From a bacterium HR37 (lineage in GTDB: Bacteria; Desulfobacterota_D; UBA1144; Nemesobacterales; CSP1-2), in assembly GCA_002898375.1 (NCBI GenBank), contig BEIN01000002.1:64347-128346 (forward strand): a stretch of 64,000 nucleotides of DNA, written 5' to 3'. Below, piece after piece: positions 26,351-37,513 of this stretch. The notes beneath the pieces are model-generated. The model was not told the origin of the DNA, did no database searches, and worked only from the letters and a program-made list of their open reading frames with translations. Numbering within the stretch: position 1 is the first letter of the stretch; the number at the start of each line of letters is the position of its first letter. The translations under genes were made by a program, and so were the position numbers.

Positions 26351-27434
26351 AGGATACGACCTGGGTATTATAGTGTCTGTTTTTTTTCTTTCCGCCATGG
26401 GTATGCTAATGGTCTATAGCACAAGTTCCGTTTATGCTCTGGAGAAGTTTGGTGATCAGAGTTACTTTCTAAAGCATCACATAGTTTACCTTTTTATTGG
26501 TCTCGTTGGAATGGTGGGTTTAATGTTTATTGACTACAGGGTTCTCAGAAGGTTTGCATATCCCATGTACGTAGCGGGTCTTTTCTTGCTTGTGCTTGTG
26601 CTTATTCCGGGTATTGGTAAGGATGTAAGTGGTGCAAGAAGATGGATGGACATTGGTTTTATAACCTTTCAACCTTCTGAGGTTGCAAAGTTTTTGCTGA
26701 TTATCTATCTTGCTCACTCACTTGCAAAGAAAAGGGATAAAATGGATACCTTCTGGGTAGGTTGTGTATCTCATATCTTAATGGCTGGCTTATATGTGGC
26801 ATTAATTCTACTTGAGCCAGATTTTGGAACAGCAACTATACTTGTTGTTTCCCTATTTGGGATGCTTTTTATAGGGGAGGCGAAGGTGAAGTATCTTGTT
26901 ATACTGGGGTTGTTTTCTCTTGCATTTCTTGCTCTGGCTGTGTTGACGGAAGGTTACAGAATGAGCAGGGTGCTATCCTTTTTAGATCCCTGGAAAGATC
27001 CCTTGGGCTCAGGCTATCAATCCATACAGTCCTTTGTTGCGTTTGGTTTGGGGGGATTCTGGGGAAGTGGACTTGGTGATAGCTCTCAGAAACTGTTTTT
27101 CCTCCCTCAGGCTCATACAGATTTTATATTCTCCATAATCGGTGAGGAACTCGGTTTTATAGGGGTCCTCTTAATTGTATCCGGATTTGTGTTCTTTGTG
27201 TTCCGCTGTCTTAAGGTTGCACTTAATGCTCCTGACGTTTTTGGTTGCTACTTGGTTTTTGGTTGCACCCTTCTTATAGGTATTCAGGCGGGAACCAATA
27301 TGGCTGTTGCTGTGGGATTGTTTCCCACAAAAGGACTTACTCTGCCTTTTATAAGCTACGGGGGAACATCACTTATAAGTAGTCTCGGTGCAGTCGGTAT
27401 GATACTTAGTGTTTCAAGGGCGGGTATAAAATGA
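26322..27434 (+). CDS. ftsW: Peptidoglycan polymerase FtsW
   Basis: GARRW, FQPSEVAK, EPDFGT, LPQAHTDFIF, LPFISYGGTS. GTG 26322 follows GGAGG; start uncertain. Confidence 0.95.
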   Translation: MYGNIRNKAKGYDLGIIVSVFFLSAMGMLMVYSTSSVYALEKFGDQSYFLKHHIVYLFIGLVGMVGLMFIDYRVLRRFAYPMYVAGLFLLVLVLIPGIGKDVSGARRWMDIGFITFQPSEVAKFLLIIYLAHSLAKKRDKMDTFWVGCVSHILMAGLYVALILLEPDFGTATILVVSLFGMLFIGEAKVKYLVILGLFSLAFLALAVLTEGYRMSRVLSFLDPWKDPLGSGYQSIQSFVAFGLGGFWGSGLGDSSQKLFFLPQAHTDFIFSIIGEELGFIGVLLIVSGFVFFVFRCLKVALNAPDVFGCYLVFGCTLLIGIQAGTNMAVAVGLFPTKGLTLPFISYGGTSLISSLGAVGMILSVSRAGIK

Positions 27435-28522
27435 GAATAGTTATTGCTGGAGGAGGAAGCGGAGGCCACGTCTTTCCGGCCATCTCTATAGGTGAGGAGA
27501 TACTGCGAAGAGACCCTGGAAACAGGGTTTTATTTGTAGGAACAAAAAGAGGGATAGAAAGCAAGGTGTTTAAAAATGGTAATTACCCCATTGAGTTTAT
27601 AAGCTCTTCCGGTGTTGTTGGTAAAGGTTTTAAGGAAAGCATAAGGGGAGTGGTTTTGGCATTCAGGGGTTTTTTTGAATCCCTAGGGCTTCTAAGAAGG
27701 TTTAAACCTGATCTTGTTCTAGGTGTTGGAGGATACGTTTCAGGACCGGTTGTTGCAGCAGCTTTTTTGCTTCGGATTCCAACTGCAATCTGCGAACAGA
27801 ATGCAATTCCGGGGATTACAAACAGGGTTCTTTCGGTACTTGCAAAAAGGATATTTGTTTCTTTTGAAAGAAACCTTGCTTTTTTCCCCAATCGGAAAAC
27901 GGTGGTAACTGGAAACCCTATACGAAGTAGCCTGTTAACAATAAAGAAGGATTATGCTAGTCCAAAGGATGTATTTGTGATATTGGTTTTTGGTGGAAGT
28001 CAGGGAGCCAAAACGCTTAACCAATCTGTACCAAAGGCTATGGGTTTGTTGGGAAGACGCAACGTATACTTAATCCATCAAACGGGAGAAAGAGACGTTG
28101 AGGATGTAAGGAAAGCCTATGAATGGTTTGGTATCAGGGCGGAGGTTGTTTCTTTTATAGAGGATATGAATAACGCTTACAGACGTGCGGATCTTGTGAT
28201 AGGAAGAGCGGGTGCGGGAACCATTGCTGAGATAACTGCAATAGGAATAGCCTCAATCCTCATACCATACCCTTTTTCAGTGCACAACCACCAGCTGGAG
28301 AATGCAAGAATCCTTGAAAAGGAAGGAGCAGCAATCGTTATAGAGGATAAGGATGCGGTTCCTGAAAAGATAGCCGAGGTACTGGATAAAATACTTCACT
28401 GGGATAAACTTAGGGAAATGGGACTTAGGGCAAAGAGGCTGGGCAGACCCAATGCAGCAGGTCTAATAGTTAATGAGATTTACACCATACTGGGAGTTTA
28501 CCAAGATGTACGGAAGAATTAA
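27431..28522 (+). CDS. murG: Undecaprenyl-PP-MurNAc-pentapeptide GlcNAc transferase
   Basis: [40 protein letters not shown]. Confidence 0.97.
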   Translation: MRIVIAGGGSGGHVFPAISIGEEILRRDPGNRVLFVGTKRGIESKVFKNGNYPIEFISSSGVVGKGFKESIRGVVLAFRGFFESLGLLRRFKPDLVLGVGGYVSGPVVAAAFLLRIPTAICEQNAIPGITNRVLSVLAKRIFVSFERNLAFFPNRKTVVTGNPIRSSLLTIKKDYASPKDVFVILVFGGSQGAKTLNQSVPKAMGLLGRRNVYLIHQTGERDVEDVRKAYEWFGIRAEVVSFIEDMNNAYRRADLVIGRAGAGTIAEITAIGIASILIPYPFSVHNHQLENARILEKEGAAIVIEDKDAVPEKIAEVLDKILHWDKLREMGLRAKRLGRPNAAGLIVNEIYTILGVYQDVRKN

Positions 28523-29879
28523 GAAGATTCACTTCGTGGGAATAGGCGGAATAGGGATGAGCGGAATAGCCGAGCTGTTACTTAACATGGGTTATACAGT
28601 TACCGGTTCTGATATAAGGGTTAGTGAAACCGTAGAGAGGCTTAGGTGTTTAGGGGCAACCGTTTTTATAGGTCACAGGGAAGAAAACATAGGGGATTCA
28701 GACGTGGTGGTTGTATCTTCGGCTATAGGTAAGGATAATCCGGAGGTAGTAGCTGCTCACAGCCGAAAGATTCCCGTTATCCCAAGGGCTGAGATGCTTT
28801 CGGAGCTTATGAGGCTTAAGTACGGTATAGCTATTGCTGGAAGTCATGGGAAAACCACGGTTACCTCTATGATCTCAACTGTACTTGGTTTCGGTGGGTT
28901 TGATCCAACCATTGTTGTTGGGGGCAGGGTAAGGACTCTTGGTACAAACGCACATCTGGGAAATGGAAGCTTTATGGTGGTTGAAGCAGATGAAAGCGAT
29001 GGTTCTTTTTTAATGCTCTCTCCAGTGATAGCTGTTGTAACCAATATAGACAGAGAGCACTTGGATTACTACAGAGACATTGAGAACCTAAAAATGGCCT
29101 TCTCTGAGTTCCTAAATAAGATACCCTTCTATGGACTTGCTGTTATATGTGCTGATTGTTGTGTTTCAAGGTCTCTTGTGGAAGGGGGTTTTAAGAAGAG
29201 GTTTGTAACATATGGCTTTTCCTCAGACTGTGATTTCGTAGCTAGAGATGTAAAAAGTCTGGGTTTTGAAACTGATTTTAAGGTTTTCTATAAAGGTGGT
29301 TTCCTTGGGAATGTAAGGTTAGGGGTTCCAGGAAGGCACAATGCCCTAAATGCCCTTGCTTCTTTTGCGGTTGGTATGGAGCTTGGAATGGACTTTGAGA
29401 GTATACGAGGTGGACTCGAGGAGTTTAGGGGTATAGAGAGAAGACTGCAGGTAAAGGGGGAAAAAAGAGGAATTTTGGTTATAGACGATTACGGTCACCA
29501 TCCTCAGGAAATAAAGGCAACCCTGGGTACTCTAAAGGAGTCTTTTCCGGAAAAAAGGCTGGTGGTAATCTTCCAGCCTCATAGATATACAAGGACTTAC
29601 CTCTTATTTGACGAGTTTGTAAAGGTCTTTAGAGACGCGGATTTGGTGTTTGTTCTGGATATATATCCTGCAGGGGAGTCTCCAATCGAGGGGGTAACCT
29701 CGGAAAGACTGGTTCAGGTAATGAAGCAAGAGGGATACAAACAGGTTTTTTATGCGGGTAGTATGGATGAGGTTGTGTATGGGGTTGTGGATTTAATAAA
29801 AACCGGAGATATGGTTCTTACCCTCGGTGCTGGAAACGTATGGATGGTGGGAGAGAGGATACTCAAAGAGATACCATGA
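28506..29879 (+). CDS. murC: UDP-MurNAc:L-Ala ligase
   Basis: [45 protein letters not shown]. Confidence 0.97.
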   Translation: MYGRIKKIHFVGIGGIGMSGIAELLLNMGYTVTGSDIRVSETVERLRCLGATVFIGHREENIGDSDVVVVSSAIGKDNPEVVAAHSRKIPVIPRAEMLSELMRLKYGIAIAGSHGKTTVTSMISTVLGFGGFDPTIVVGGRVRTLGTNAHLGNGSFMVVEADESDGSFLMLSPVIAVVTNIDREHLDYYRDIENLKMAFSEFLNKIPFYGLAVICADCCVSRSLVEGGFKKRFVTYGFSSDCDFVARDVKSLGFETDFKVFYKGGFLGNVRLGVPGRHNALNALASFAVGMELGMDFESIRGGLEEFRGIERRLQVKGEKRGILVIDDYGHHPQEIKATLGTLKESFPEKRLVVIFQPHRYTRTYLLFDEFVKVFRDADLVFVLDIYPAGESPIEGVTSERLVQVMKQEGYKQVFYAGSMDEVVYGVVDLIKTGDMVLTLGAGNVWMVGERILKEIP

Positions 29880-30778
29880 AGAAGGTGATTGAGGAACTTA
29901 AGAGGCTTGGTTGTTATTACCTACAAAATTTCCCGATGGATAGGTACACCTCACTGCGTGTGGGTGGTGTAGCCGATTTAATTGTTTACCCCAGAAACCA
30001 TTTGGAGTTTGTGCAGGTGCTAAACCTCCTTTCTTCTGTGGCTGTTCCCTGGATGGTGCTGGGTGGTGGATCAAATACTTTGGTTCATGATGAGGGGATA
30101 CAAGGGGTAGTGGTAAGCACCAAAATGATGCGAGGTATAGAGGTATTGGATGATGGAGTGGTTGTTGCTGAGGCAGGAGCGGTTTTGGGTTCTATCCTTA
30201 ACATGTCAATTAGAGCTGGGCTTTCAGGTTTTGAGTTTGCTGCAGGGATTCCTGGGACAGTAGGGGGAGGGGTTTTTATGAATGCCGGGGCAAATGGTGG
30301 AGAGATAAAGGATGTGGTTGAGAGGGTGTGGTTATGGTTGGAAGGTAGGGAAGTGGTTTTATCAAGGGATGAGATAAAGTTTGAGTACAGAAAGAGCCAT
30401 CTTCCAGAGGGCAGTGTTGTAACAAAAGCAACTTTTGTTTTAAAACCCGGTGATAGAGAGGAAATAAAGAGGAGGGTAAAGAACTATCTTGAGAGAAGAA
30501 GCAAAACACAGCCGATAACGATGTCCAATTGTGGGTCTGTGTTTAAGAATCCTCATGAGATTCCGGCTGGTAAGCTTCTGGATGAGCTTGGGTTTAAGGG
30601 ATTTAGGATTGGAGGGGCAAAGTTTTCTGAGATTCATGCAAATTTTATAGTTAATTTGGCGAATGCAAGGGCCTCAGATGTTTTGGCTTTAATAGATATA
30701 GCAAGAGAAGAGGCTCTTAAGAGAAGAGGTATCGTACTTGAGCCTGAAATAAAAATTGTAGGTAAGGTTAAGGGTTGA
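29876..30778 (+). CDS. murB: UDP-N-acetylenolpyruvoylglucosamine reductase
   Basis: [44 protein letters not shown]. Confidence 0.96.
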   Translation: MKKVIEELKRLGCYYLQNFPMDRYTSLRVGGVADLIVYPRNHLEFVQVLNLLSSVAVPWMVLGGGSNTLVHDEGIQGVVVSTKMMRGIEVLDDGVVVAEAGAVLGSILNMSIRAGLSGFEFAAGIPGTVGGGVFMNAGANGGEIKDVVERVWLWLEGREVVLSRDEIKFEYRKSHLPEGSVVTKATFVLKPGDREEIKRRVKNYLERRSKTQPITMSNCGSVFKNPHEIPAGKLLDELGFKGFRIGGAKFSEIHANFIVNLANARASDVLALIDIAREEALKRRGIVLEPEIKIVGKVKG

Positions 30779-31488
30779 AGAAGAAAAGAAACTCAAGGGT
30801 TATATTTATTTTCCCCGTATACATAGTTGTCACGGGCAGTGTGGTTTTTTACATAGTTCTGTATATGGGTTTTCTTACCGTAAATCAAATAGAGGTTAAG
30901 GGAAATAAGCGGGTATCCCAAAGGGAGATACTAAAGAGATCAGGGCTTATTAAGGGAAAAAGTACGCTTCTCTTTCTGGAGGATAGGGTAAGAAAGCAGA
31001 TACTTGAGAATCACTGGATAAAAGAGGTTCGACTGGAGAGGATTTTCCCCGGTAAGGTTGTTATAGAAGTAGAAGAGGAAGAGCCTTTTTGCCTTGCTTT
31101 GAGTGAAGAGGGCGAATTGCTCTACGTTGATAAAAACGGAAAAAGGCTTGGAAGGGCAAATTTTAAAGACGGTCTTGATTTTCCACTTCTTATAGGTGAA
31201 GGTATTGATGAGCCTAAACTCTTAAAGGAGGCTATAGAACTTTTAAATCTTTCTTTAAGAAGCAGGGTGCTTGAATGGGATGAGATCTCTGAGGTTAATC
31301 TGGATTCACTCTACGGGATCACCGTTTTTACAAACGATAAAAGGCGAATCGATTTTGGCGAAGGCGATGTAGCAAAGAAGTGGCATAGGGTAGAGCAGTT
31401 AATAGTTAAAATAAGGCAGATGAACCTTATTGAGGAGTACATAAATGTGAGTTCGGATAAATTGGGTGTGGTTAGTTTCAAATTTTAA
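30775..31488 (+). CDS. ftsQ: Cell division protein FtsQ/DivIB
   Basis: N-terminal TM, POTRA-like IEVKGNKRVS...WIKEVRLERIFPGKV; upstream of ftsA. Confidence 0.85.
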   Translation: MKKKRNSRVIFIFPVYIVVTGSVVFYIVLYMGFLTVNQIEVKGNKRVSQREILKRSGLIKGKSTLLFLEDRVRKQILENHWIKEVRLERIFPGKVVIEVEEEEPFCLALSEEGELLYVDKNGKRLGRANFKDGLDFPLLIGEGIDEPKLLKEAIELLNLSLRSRVLEWDEISEVNLDSLYGITVFTNDKRRIDFGEGDVAKKWHRVEQLIVKIRQMNLIEEYINVSSDKLGVVSFKF

Positions 31489-31517
31489 GGTCTTATATGC
31501 ATGTGTAGGAGAGTAAT

Positions 31518-32744
31518 ATGACCAGGGAACCTGAGCTCATTGTGGGTCTAGATGTTGGAACTACAAAGGTATGTGCAGTGGTTGGAGAGGTCACAAATGA
31601 GGGGGTAGATATAATTGGGGTTGGATCTCATCCATCTTATGGGCTTAAAAGGGGGATAGTGGTTAACATCGAGAATACGGTTCAATCAATAAAGAGTGCG
31701 GTTCAAGAAGCTGAACATATGGCTGGATGTGAGATAAGAACGGTCTTTGCAGGGATTGCTGGGGGGCATATAAAGGGTATAAGCGGACATGGAATGATAA
31801 CCCTTAGGAATCGGGAGGTTACAAAGCGGGATATAGAACGTGTAATTGAGTCTGCAAGCGCACTTCTTATTCCGGTAGATAGGGAAATCCTGCATGTAAT
31901 TCCCCAGGAGTTTATAGTCGATGGTCAGGGGGGAATTAAAGACCCTGTGGGGATATACGGTGTTAAGCTTGAGGCAAAAGTACACATAGTTACAGGTCAG
32001 GTAACAGCTGCCCAGAACCTGGTAAAGTGCATTCATCGTGCTGGTATGGATGTTGCAGACATAGTCCTTGAACAGCTTGCCTCAAATGAAGCTGTGCTAA
32101 CACCTGATGAAAGGGAGATAGGGGTTGTGCTTATTGACTGTGGTGGGGGAACAACGGATATCGCAATATTTGCTGGGGGAAGCATAAGGTGTACGGAGAA
32201 CCTAACACTTGGTGGGGATCACGTGGATAGAGACATAGCGCTTGGGCTTTCAACCTCTTTGGCGGAGGCAAAGAGGTTGAAGGAGAAATACGGTTGTGCT
32301 ATGGTGGATTTGGTTCCACCCGATGAAAAGATAGAGGTAACAAGTGTTGGCGGAAGGCGTCCAAGGGTTATTTCCCGCAGGGAACTTGCTATGATTATAG
32401 AGCCCAGAATGGAGGAAATCTTCAGCCTTGTAAGAAGGGAGATAGTAAAATCAGGATATGATAGATTGGTTCCTGCAGGTGCTGTAATCACCGGAGGAAC
32501 CGTGATAATGGAAGGTACCGTCGAGCTGGCAGAAAAGGTTCTAGGCATGCCGGTAAGATTGGGGATGCCTTCTCAGGTTGGTGGTTTAAGTGATATTATT
32601 GCAAACCCCATTTATTCTACGGGGGTAGGGCTTGTTCTTTACGGAATGAGGTATAAGGGGGATAAAAAGATTAGAATTCGTGATGAGAACATCTTTAAGA
32701 AGGTGTTTGACAGTATGAAGAATTGGTTTCGTGAATTCTTTTAA
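31518..32744 (+). CDS. ftsA: Cell division protein FtsA
   Basis: GLDVGTTKV, IDCGGGTT, GAVITGG, amphipathic tail MKNWFREFF. Confidence 0.98.
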   Translation: MTREPELIVGLDVGTTKVCAVVGEVTNEGVDIIGVGSHPSYGLKRGIVVNIENTVQSIKSAVQEAEHMAGCEIRTVFAGIAGGHIKGISGHGMITLRNREVTKRDIERVIESASALLIPVDREILHVIPQEFIVDGQGGIKDPVGIYGVKLEAKVHIVTGQVTAAQNLVKCIHRAGMDVADIVLEQLASNEAVLTPDEREIGVVLIDCGGGTTDIAIFAGGSIRCTENLTLGGDHVDRDIALGLSTSLAEAKRLKEKYGCAMVDLVPPDEKIEVTSVGGRRPRVISRRELAMIIEPRMEEIFSLVRREIVKSGYDRLVPAGAVITGGTVIMEGTVELAEKVLGMPVRLGMPSQVGGLSDIIANPIYSTGVGLVLYGMRYKGDKKIRIRDENIFKKVFDSMKNWFREFF

Positions 32745-32779
32745 AAAATAGAACTAATTTAAGGAGGAGGGGAGATACT

Positions 32780-33865
32780 ATGGCAAACTTTGAACTAGAA
32801 GAGGTAACAGTAGAACAAAAGGCAAGGATTAAGGTGATCGGTGTTGGAGGGGCTGGAGGAAACGCTGTAAACACCATGATAGAGAAGGGACTAAATGGCA
32901 TAGAGTTTATAGTGGTAAACACCGATGTTCAGGATTTGAAAAAATCCCGTGCATCAACAAAGATCCAGATAGGCTCTAGAGCCACAAAAGGACTTGGTTC
33001 TGGTGGAAATCCGTTGCTTGGTAGGGAAGCTGCTTTAGAGGATCAGGCTAAGATCTCGGAGGCACTTGAGGGGGCCGATATGGTTTTTATCACAGCGGGT
33101 ATGGGAGGGGGGACTGGAACTGGTGCCTCTCCGATTGTAGCTCAGGCTGCCAAGGAGCTTGGGGCTCTTACGGTTGGGGTTGTAACAAAACCCTTTACGT
33201 TTGAAGGCCCAAGAAGAAACAAACAGGCAATTGAGGGGATAGAGAGTTTGGAGAAGGAAGTTGACACTCTCATAATAATTCCAAATGACCGTCTAGCGAG
33301 CGTGCACAAAATAAGCATACTTGAAGCGTTTAAGAAAGCAGATGAGGTACTTTATCAGGCGGTAAGGGGTATTTCTGACATAATAATAGGAACTGGATAC
33401 ATAAACGTAGACTTTGCTGATGTAAAGACGATAATGAGCGAAAACGGTGGAAAGGCATTGATGGGGACTGGATATGCAGAGGGAGCACATAGGGCAATAG
33501 AAGCTGCAGAGGCAGCAATTACAAGCCCTCTTCTAGAGGACATATCTATAGATGGAGCAAGGGGTATACTGCTCAATGTTACCGCTTCTCCTGACTTTGG
33601 TATAGAGGAGCTAAATGAGGCCTGCAACTATATAAAAGAGCGTGCACATGAAGATGTCAATCTCATCTTTGGTCTTGTGTTTGATGATTCGATGAAGGAT
33701 GCTGTGCGGATTACCGTAATCGCTACTGGTATCCAGGGAAGCTCAAAGGTAGAATCCATCTCGCAGATCAACAGGATAGCAAGCAAGATCGATACCGGTG
33801 TGGTGGGAGATGATTTTGAGATTCCAGCTTTTATAAGAAGGCGAAGCATTAGGGAAGGAAAATAA
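32780..33865 (+). CDS. ftsZ: Cell division protein FtsZ
   Basis: [25 protein letters not shown]-terminal FEIPAFIRR. Confidence 0.99.
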   Translation: MANFELEEVTVEQKARIKVIGVGGAGGNAVNTMIEKGLNGIEFIVVNTDVQDLKKSRASTKIQIGSRATKGLGSGGNPLLGREAALEDQAKISEALEGADMVFITAGMGGGTGTGASPIVAQAAKELGALTVGVVTKPFTFEGPRRNKQAIEGIESLEKEVDTLIIIPNDRLASVHKISILEAFKKADEVLYQAVRGISDIIIGTGYINVDFADVKTIMSENGGKALMGTGYAEGAHRAIEAAEAAITSPLLEDISIDGARGILLNVTASPDFGIEELNEACNYIKERAHEDVNLIFGLVFDDSMKDAVRITVIATGIQGSSKVESISQINRIASKIDTGVVGDDFEIPAFIRRRSIREGK

Positions 33866-33869
33866 AGAA

Positions 33870-35471
33870 TTACTGGTTGTTTGTTAGGTGGACCCTGCCA
33901 AGGAGGATAAGGCCAAGAGGGTCAGGCTCTAGGCCTTTTACATATGGTTTGATAAGACACTGTTGTACTGAGATAAATATAGGAGCTATTGGAACATCTA
34001 TTTCGGTAAGTATCTTCTGAGCTTTCCTGTATAGAAGGGTTCTTTTAGAAAGGTCTTTTTCCTCTGCTGCCTTTTCCACCAGGTTATCGTATGCTGGATT
34101 GCACCATCCCGTTTCGTTGTTGCCGCTTTCACATTCAAATAGGTTCATAAAATTGTGGGGATCTGGAAAGTCCGCACCCCATCCAGCACGAAAAACGTGA
34201 GGAGGGTTTGTATCAAGTGTACTCAGATAGACCTTCCATTCCTGATTTTCAAGCTCGACATCAACACCGAGGTATCTTTTCCACATACTCTGTAGTGCTT
34301 CAGCTATTATTCTGTTGTTTCCAACATCTGGATAAAGAAACTTTACTTTTGGAAACCCTTTGCCTTCGGGATATCCGGCTTCGCTAAGCCAGTTTTTTGC
34401 TTTCTCGGGATCAAAACCTATGCCTATATCCGGTGCGTATCCAAGCATCCCTTTTGGAATCCATGAGGTTGCCGGGATTCCAGCTCCCTGAATAAGCTCG
34501 GTGATGCTTACCCTGTCTATTGCAGCCGAGAAAGCACGTCTTACAAGGGGGTTGTTAAAAGGATGCTTTCTTACATTAAAACCTATGTAGTTTCCTCTAA
34601 ATTGAGGAACTTCCTTAAATTCTGGGGAAAGCCTGAGTCTTGGTACCTCAAGTACAGGTATTCCTCTACCATCAACGAAATCAAGCTCTCCGTTTTCATA
34701 CAGTGCAAGCACTGAGGTTGGGTTTTCGTTCATTATCATCTCAACTTCTCTGAGCCTTGGTTTCTCTCCCCAGTATGTTGGATTTCTCTTAAGTACTATT
34801 TTTTCATGGTGGCGCCATGTAGAGAGCATAAAAGGCCCGATGGTAACAATGTTTTTAGGTTCTGTCCATTTTACCCCGTATGTCTCTACTATGTCTTTTC
34901 TCATTGGAAAGGTTGACATAAAGGTTAGGAGACTGAGAAAGTAAGAAGCTGGTCTTTTTAACCTTACAAGGAGCCTGTGGTCATCTATGGCCTTTACCGC
35001 AACCTTCTCTGGGTCTTTGTACTTACCGGTGTTATACTCTTTTGCTCCCTCTATATCGTAGAGGAAGTAGGCGTAATCCGCACCGGTTTTCGGATCAAGA
35101 AGGTGCTTCCATGAGTACTCAAAGTCCTGGGCCCTAAGTGGTTTTCCATCTGTCCAGTATACGTTTTTTCTTAGGAAAAAAACAATGGTTTTTCCGTCTT
35201 CACTTATCTCCCACCTTTCCGCTAGTGCTGGCTCAGGCTTGTAGTCTTTCCCAAACCTTGTTAGTCCTTCCATTATGTTTATAAGTATGGTGTAGGAGGT
35301 GCTATCCGTTGCAAGAGACCAGTCAAGGGTAGGGGGTTCTGCCCCTATGTTGATTCTCAGGGTATCCCTTTTAGGGCTTTTTAGGGAAGGTGCTTGATCC
35401 TCCCCTTTGCACCCTGAGATAACAAAAATCCAGAGGATGGCAATAACCGATGCTAAGGATTTTGCATACAT
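33870..35471 (-). CDS. oppA: Peptide ABC transporter substrate-binding lipoprotein (OppA/SBP family 5)
   Basis: Lipobox ISGC, EPPTLD, WTDGKPLRAQDF, GWGADFPDP. Confidence 0.9.
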   Translation of the reverse strand: MYAKSLASVIAILWIFVISGCKGEDQAPSLKSPKRDTLRINIGAEPPTLDWSLATDSTSYTILINIMEGLTRFGKDYKPEPALAERWEISEDGKTIVFFLRKNVYWTDGKPLRAQDFEYSWKHLLDPKTGADYAYFLYDIEGAKEYNTGKYKDPEKVAVKAIDDHRLLVRLKRPASYFLSLLTFMSTFPMRKDIVETYGVKWTEPKNIVTIGPFMLSTWRHHEKIVLKRNPTYWGEKPRLREVEMIMNENPTSVLALYENGELDFVDGRGIPVLEVPRLRLSPEFKEVPQFRGNYIGFNVRKHPFNNPLVRRAFSAAIDRVSITELIQGAGIPATSWIPKGMLGYAPDIGIGFDPEKAKNWLSEAGYPEGKGFPKVKFLYPDVGNNRIIAEALQSMWKRYLGVDVELENQEWKVYLSTLDTNPPHVFRAGWGADFPDPHNFMNLFECESGNNETGWCNPAYDNLVEKAAEEKDLSKRTLLYRKAQKILTEIDVPIAPIFISVQQCLIKPYVKGLEPDPLGLILLGRVHLTNNQ

Positions 35472-35492
35472 TTACCTGCTCGGTGGAAGTTT

Positions 35493-35996
35493 TTACTGAG
35501 AGGCTTCATTTGGTGAGATAACAACAAGTACCACCCCACTCTCTACTGTATCCCCTTCTTTTACCCGTACCTCTCTTATCTTTCCCTCCATAGGTGATTT
35601 GAGCTCGCTTTCCATTTTCATGGCCTCTATTACTATTACTCCCTCCCCTTCTTCCACCTCTTCGTCTTCCCTCTTTAGTATCTTTACCACACGGCTTGGC
35701 ATGGGAGCCTTTATCTCTTGAGTGCCCGAAGCACCCCCCTTTGCTTTTGCCCTTTCCCTCTCAGATATGGCTTCAAATTCAAATAGGTCTCCGTCTATAA
35801 ATACCTGAATGTTTCTACCTTTCCTCAGTATGCCAGCGCCAATGGATTTGCCCTCAACTATTATTGAGTAAAAGTTCCCATCGATCTTTCTAAACTCTAG
35901 TGGAATTCTTTTGCTCTCGATTTCTATCTCTGTTTGGTCCCCCTCTTCCATGGAGACCCTGTATATTTGGTCTCTGAACTTAAATGTCAACATCAT
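35493..35996 (-). CDS. Biotin carboxyl carrier subunit
   Basis: APMPS...EAMKME biotinyl motif with an N-terminal extension. Confidence 0.93.
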   Translation of the reverse strand: MMLTFKFRDQIYRVSMEEGDQTEIEIESKRIPLEFRKIDGNFYSIIVEGKSIGAGILRKGRNIQVFIDGDLFEFEAISERERAKAKGGASGTQEIKAPMPSRVVKILKREDEEVEEGEGVIVIEAMKMESELKSPMEGKIREVRVKEGDTVESGVVLVVISPNEASQ

Positions 35997-37498
35997 ATTA
36001 GCTGATTCCTCATTACTGCAATTTTTCTACCAAAGAGTTTCCAGTAGGATACAGGCCCCTGTTCTGTTTTTCCCTCCTCCTTCTTTGTTGAGTCCTTCAT
36101 TGCAACAGCCGCAGCAACAAGGGCAGGCTCTAGGTTCTGGGTATCAACAGATGGAGAGAGAAGCTCTGGGTGCCTGTCTATAAAACCGGTATCAAATTCC
36201 CCCTTTATGAATTCCTCGTTTTCCATAACCCTTCTTAGGAATCCAATGTTGGTTTTAACCCCAAGCACTATGTATTCTCGTAAAGCATTTCTCATCTTCT
36301 TTATAGCTTCTTCTCTTGTGTCTGCCCAGGCAATGAGTTTTGATAACATCGGGTCGTAAAACGGCGTTATTTCACACCCGCTGTATATTGATGAGTCATC
36401 TCTTATGCCGGGTCCACCAGGGGTACGTACGTATTCCAATTTGCCTGGGGAGGGAAGAAAGTTTCTCTCAGGGTCTTCAGCATAAACCCTGCACTCTATT
36501 GCGTGTCCTCTAATTGATATGTCTTCTTGGGTAAGTGTTAGCTTTTCCCCTGCTGCTATTCTTATCATCCATTTTACTATGTCAAACCCTGTTATCATCT
36601 CCGTTACCGGATGCTCAACCTGAATGCGGGTGTTCATCTCAAGGAAATAGAAGTTTTCGTTCTGATCCAGGATAAACTCAACTGTTCCGGCTCCCCTATA
36701 AGATACCGCTTTTGCAACCCTTACTGCAACTTCTCCCATTCTTTTCCTTGTGCGTGGGCTTATAGCAGGTGAGGGAGCCTCTTCTATAACCTTTTGATGC
36801 CTTCTCTGTATAGAACACTCTCTTTCAAAAAGATGCAGGATGTTGCCATAGGCATCCCCTATTATCTGTATCTCCACATGACGCGGGCGTTCTATAAACT
36901 TCTCTATGTATACGGAGTCATCGCCAAAGGCGGAACGGGCCTCACTTCTTGCCATTCGTAGTGAGCTCTTAAAATCCTCTTCCCGTCTTACAAGCCTCAT
37001 CCCCTTACCACCTCCACCTGCTGATGCCTTTATCATCACGGGATAGCCTATCTTCTTTGCTATTACTTCAGCTTCAACATCACTTACCGCACCGTCTGAA
37101 CCTGGAACGAGTGGAACCCTTGCTTCCTGGGCAATACGTCTTGCCGTTATCTTATCTCCCATAAGCCGGATTGCTTCCGATGATGGCCCAATAAAAACTA
37201 TCCCTTCTCTTTCACATGCTTCTGCAAAAAGATGGTTCTCGGAAAGAAAACCATAACCTGGGTGTATGGCATCTGCCCCTGAGCGCTTTGCTACACTTAT
37301 TATCTTCTCTATGGAAAGATAGCTCTCTGTTGGAGGAGGGGGACCGATATTATAGGCTTCATCTGCCATTGCAACGTGGAGAGAGGTTCTATCTGCATCG
37401 GAGTAGACAGCAACCGTTTTTATCCCTAATTCCCTACAGGCCCTTATTATCCTAATGGCTATTTCCCCTCTGTTTGCAATAAGGATCTTATCAAACAT
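35993..37498 (-). CDS. accC: Biotin carboxylase subunit
   Basis: ANRGEIA, HPGYGFLSEN, GGGGKGM, ERECSIQRRHQK, EMNTRIQVEH. Confidence 0.96.
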   Translation of the reverse strand: MFDKILIANRGEIAIRIIRACRELGIKTVAVYSDADRTSLHVAMADEAYNIGPPPPTESYLSIEKIISVAKRSGADAIHPGYGFLSENHLFAEACEREGIVFIGPSSEAIRLMGDKITARRIAQEARVPLVPGSDGAVSDVEAEVIAKKIGYPVMIKASAGGGGKGMRLVRREEDFKSSLRMARSEARSAFGDDSVYIEKFIERPRHVEIQIIGDAYGNILHLFERECSIQRRHQKVIEEAPSPAISPRTRKRMGEVAVRVAKAVSYRGAGTVEFILDQNENFYFLEMNTRIQVEHPVTEMITGFDIVKWMIRIAAGEKLTLTQEDISIRGHAIECRVYAEDPERNFLPSPGKLEYVRTPGGPGIRDDSSIYSGCEITPFYDPMLSKLIAWADTREEAIKKMRNALREYIVLGVKTNIGFLRRVMENEEFIKGEFDTGFIDRHPELLSPSVDTQNLEPALVAAAVAMKDSTKKEEGKTEQGPVSYWKLFGRKIAVMRNQLI

Positions 37499-37513
37499 CT
37501 GCCATTCCTCTTT

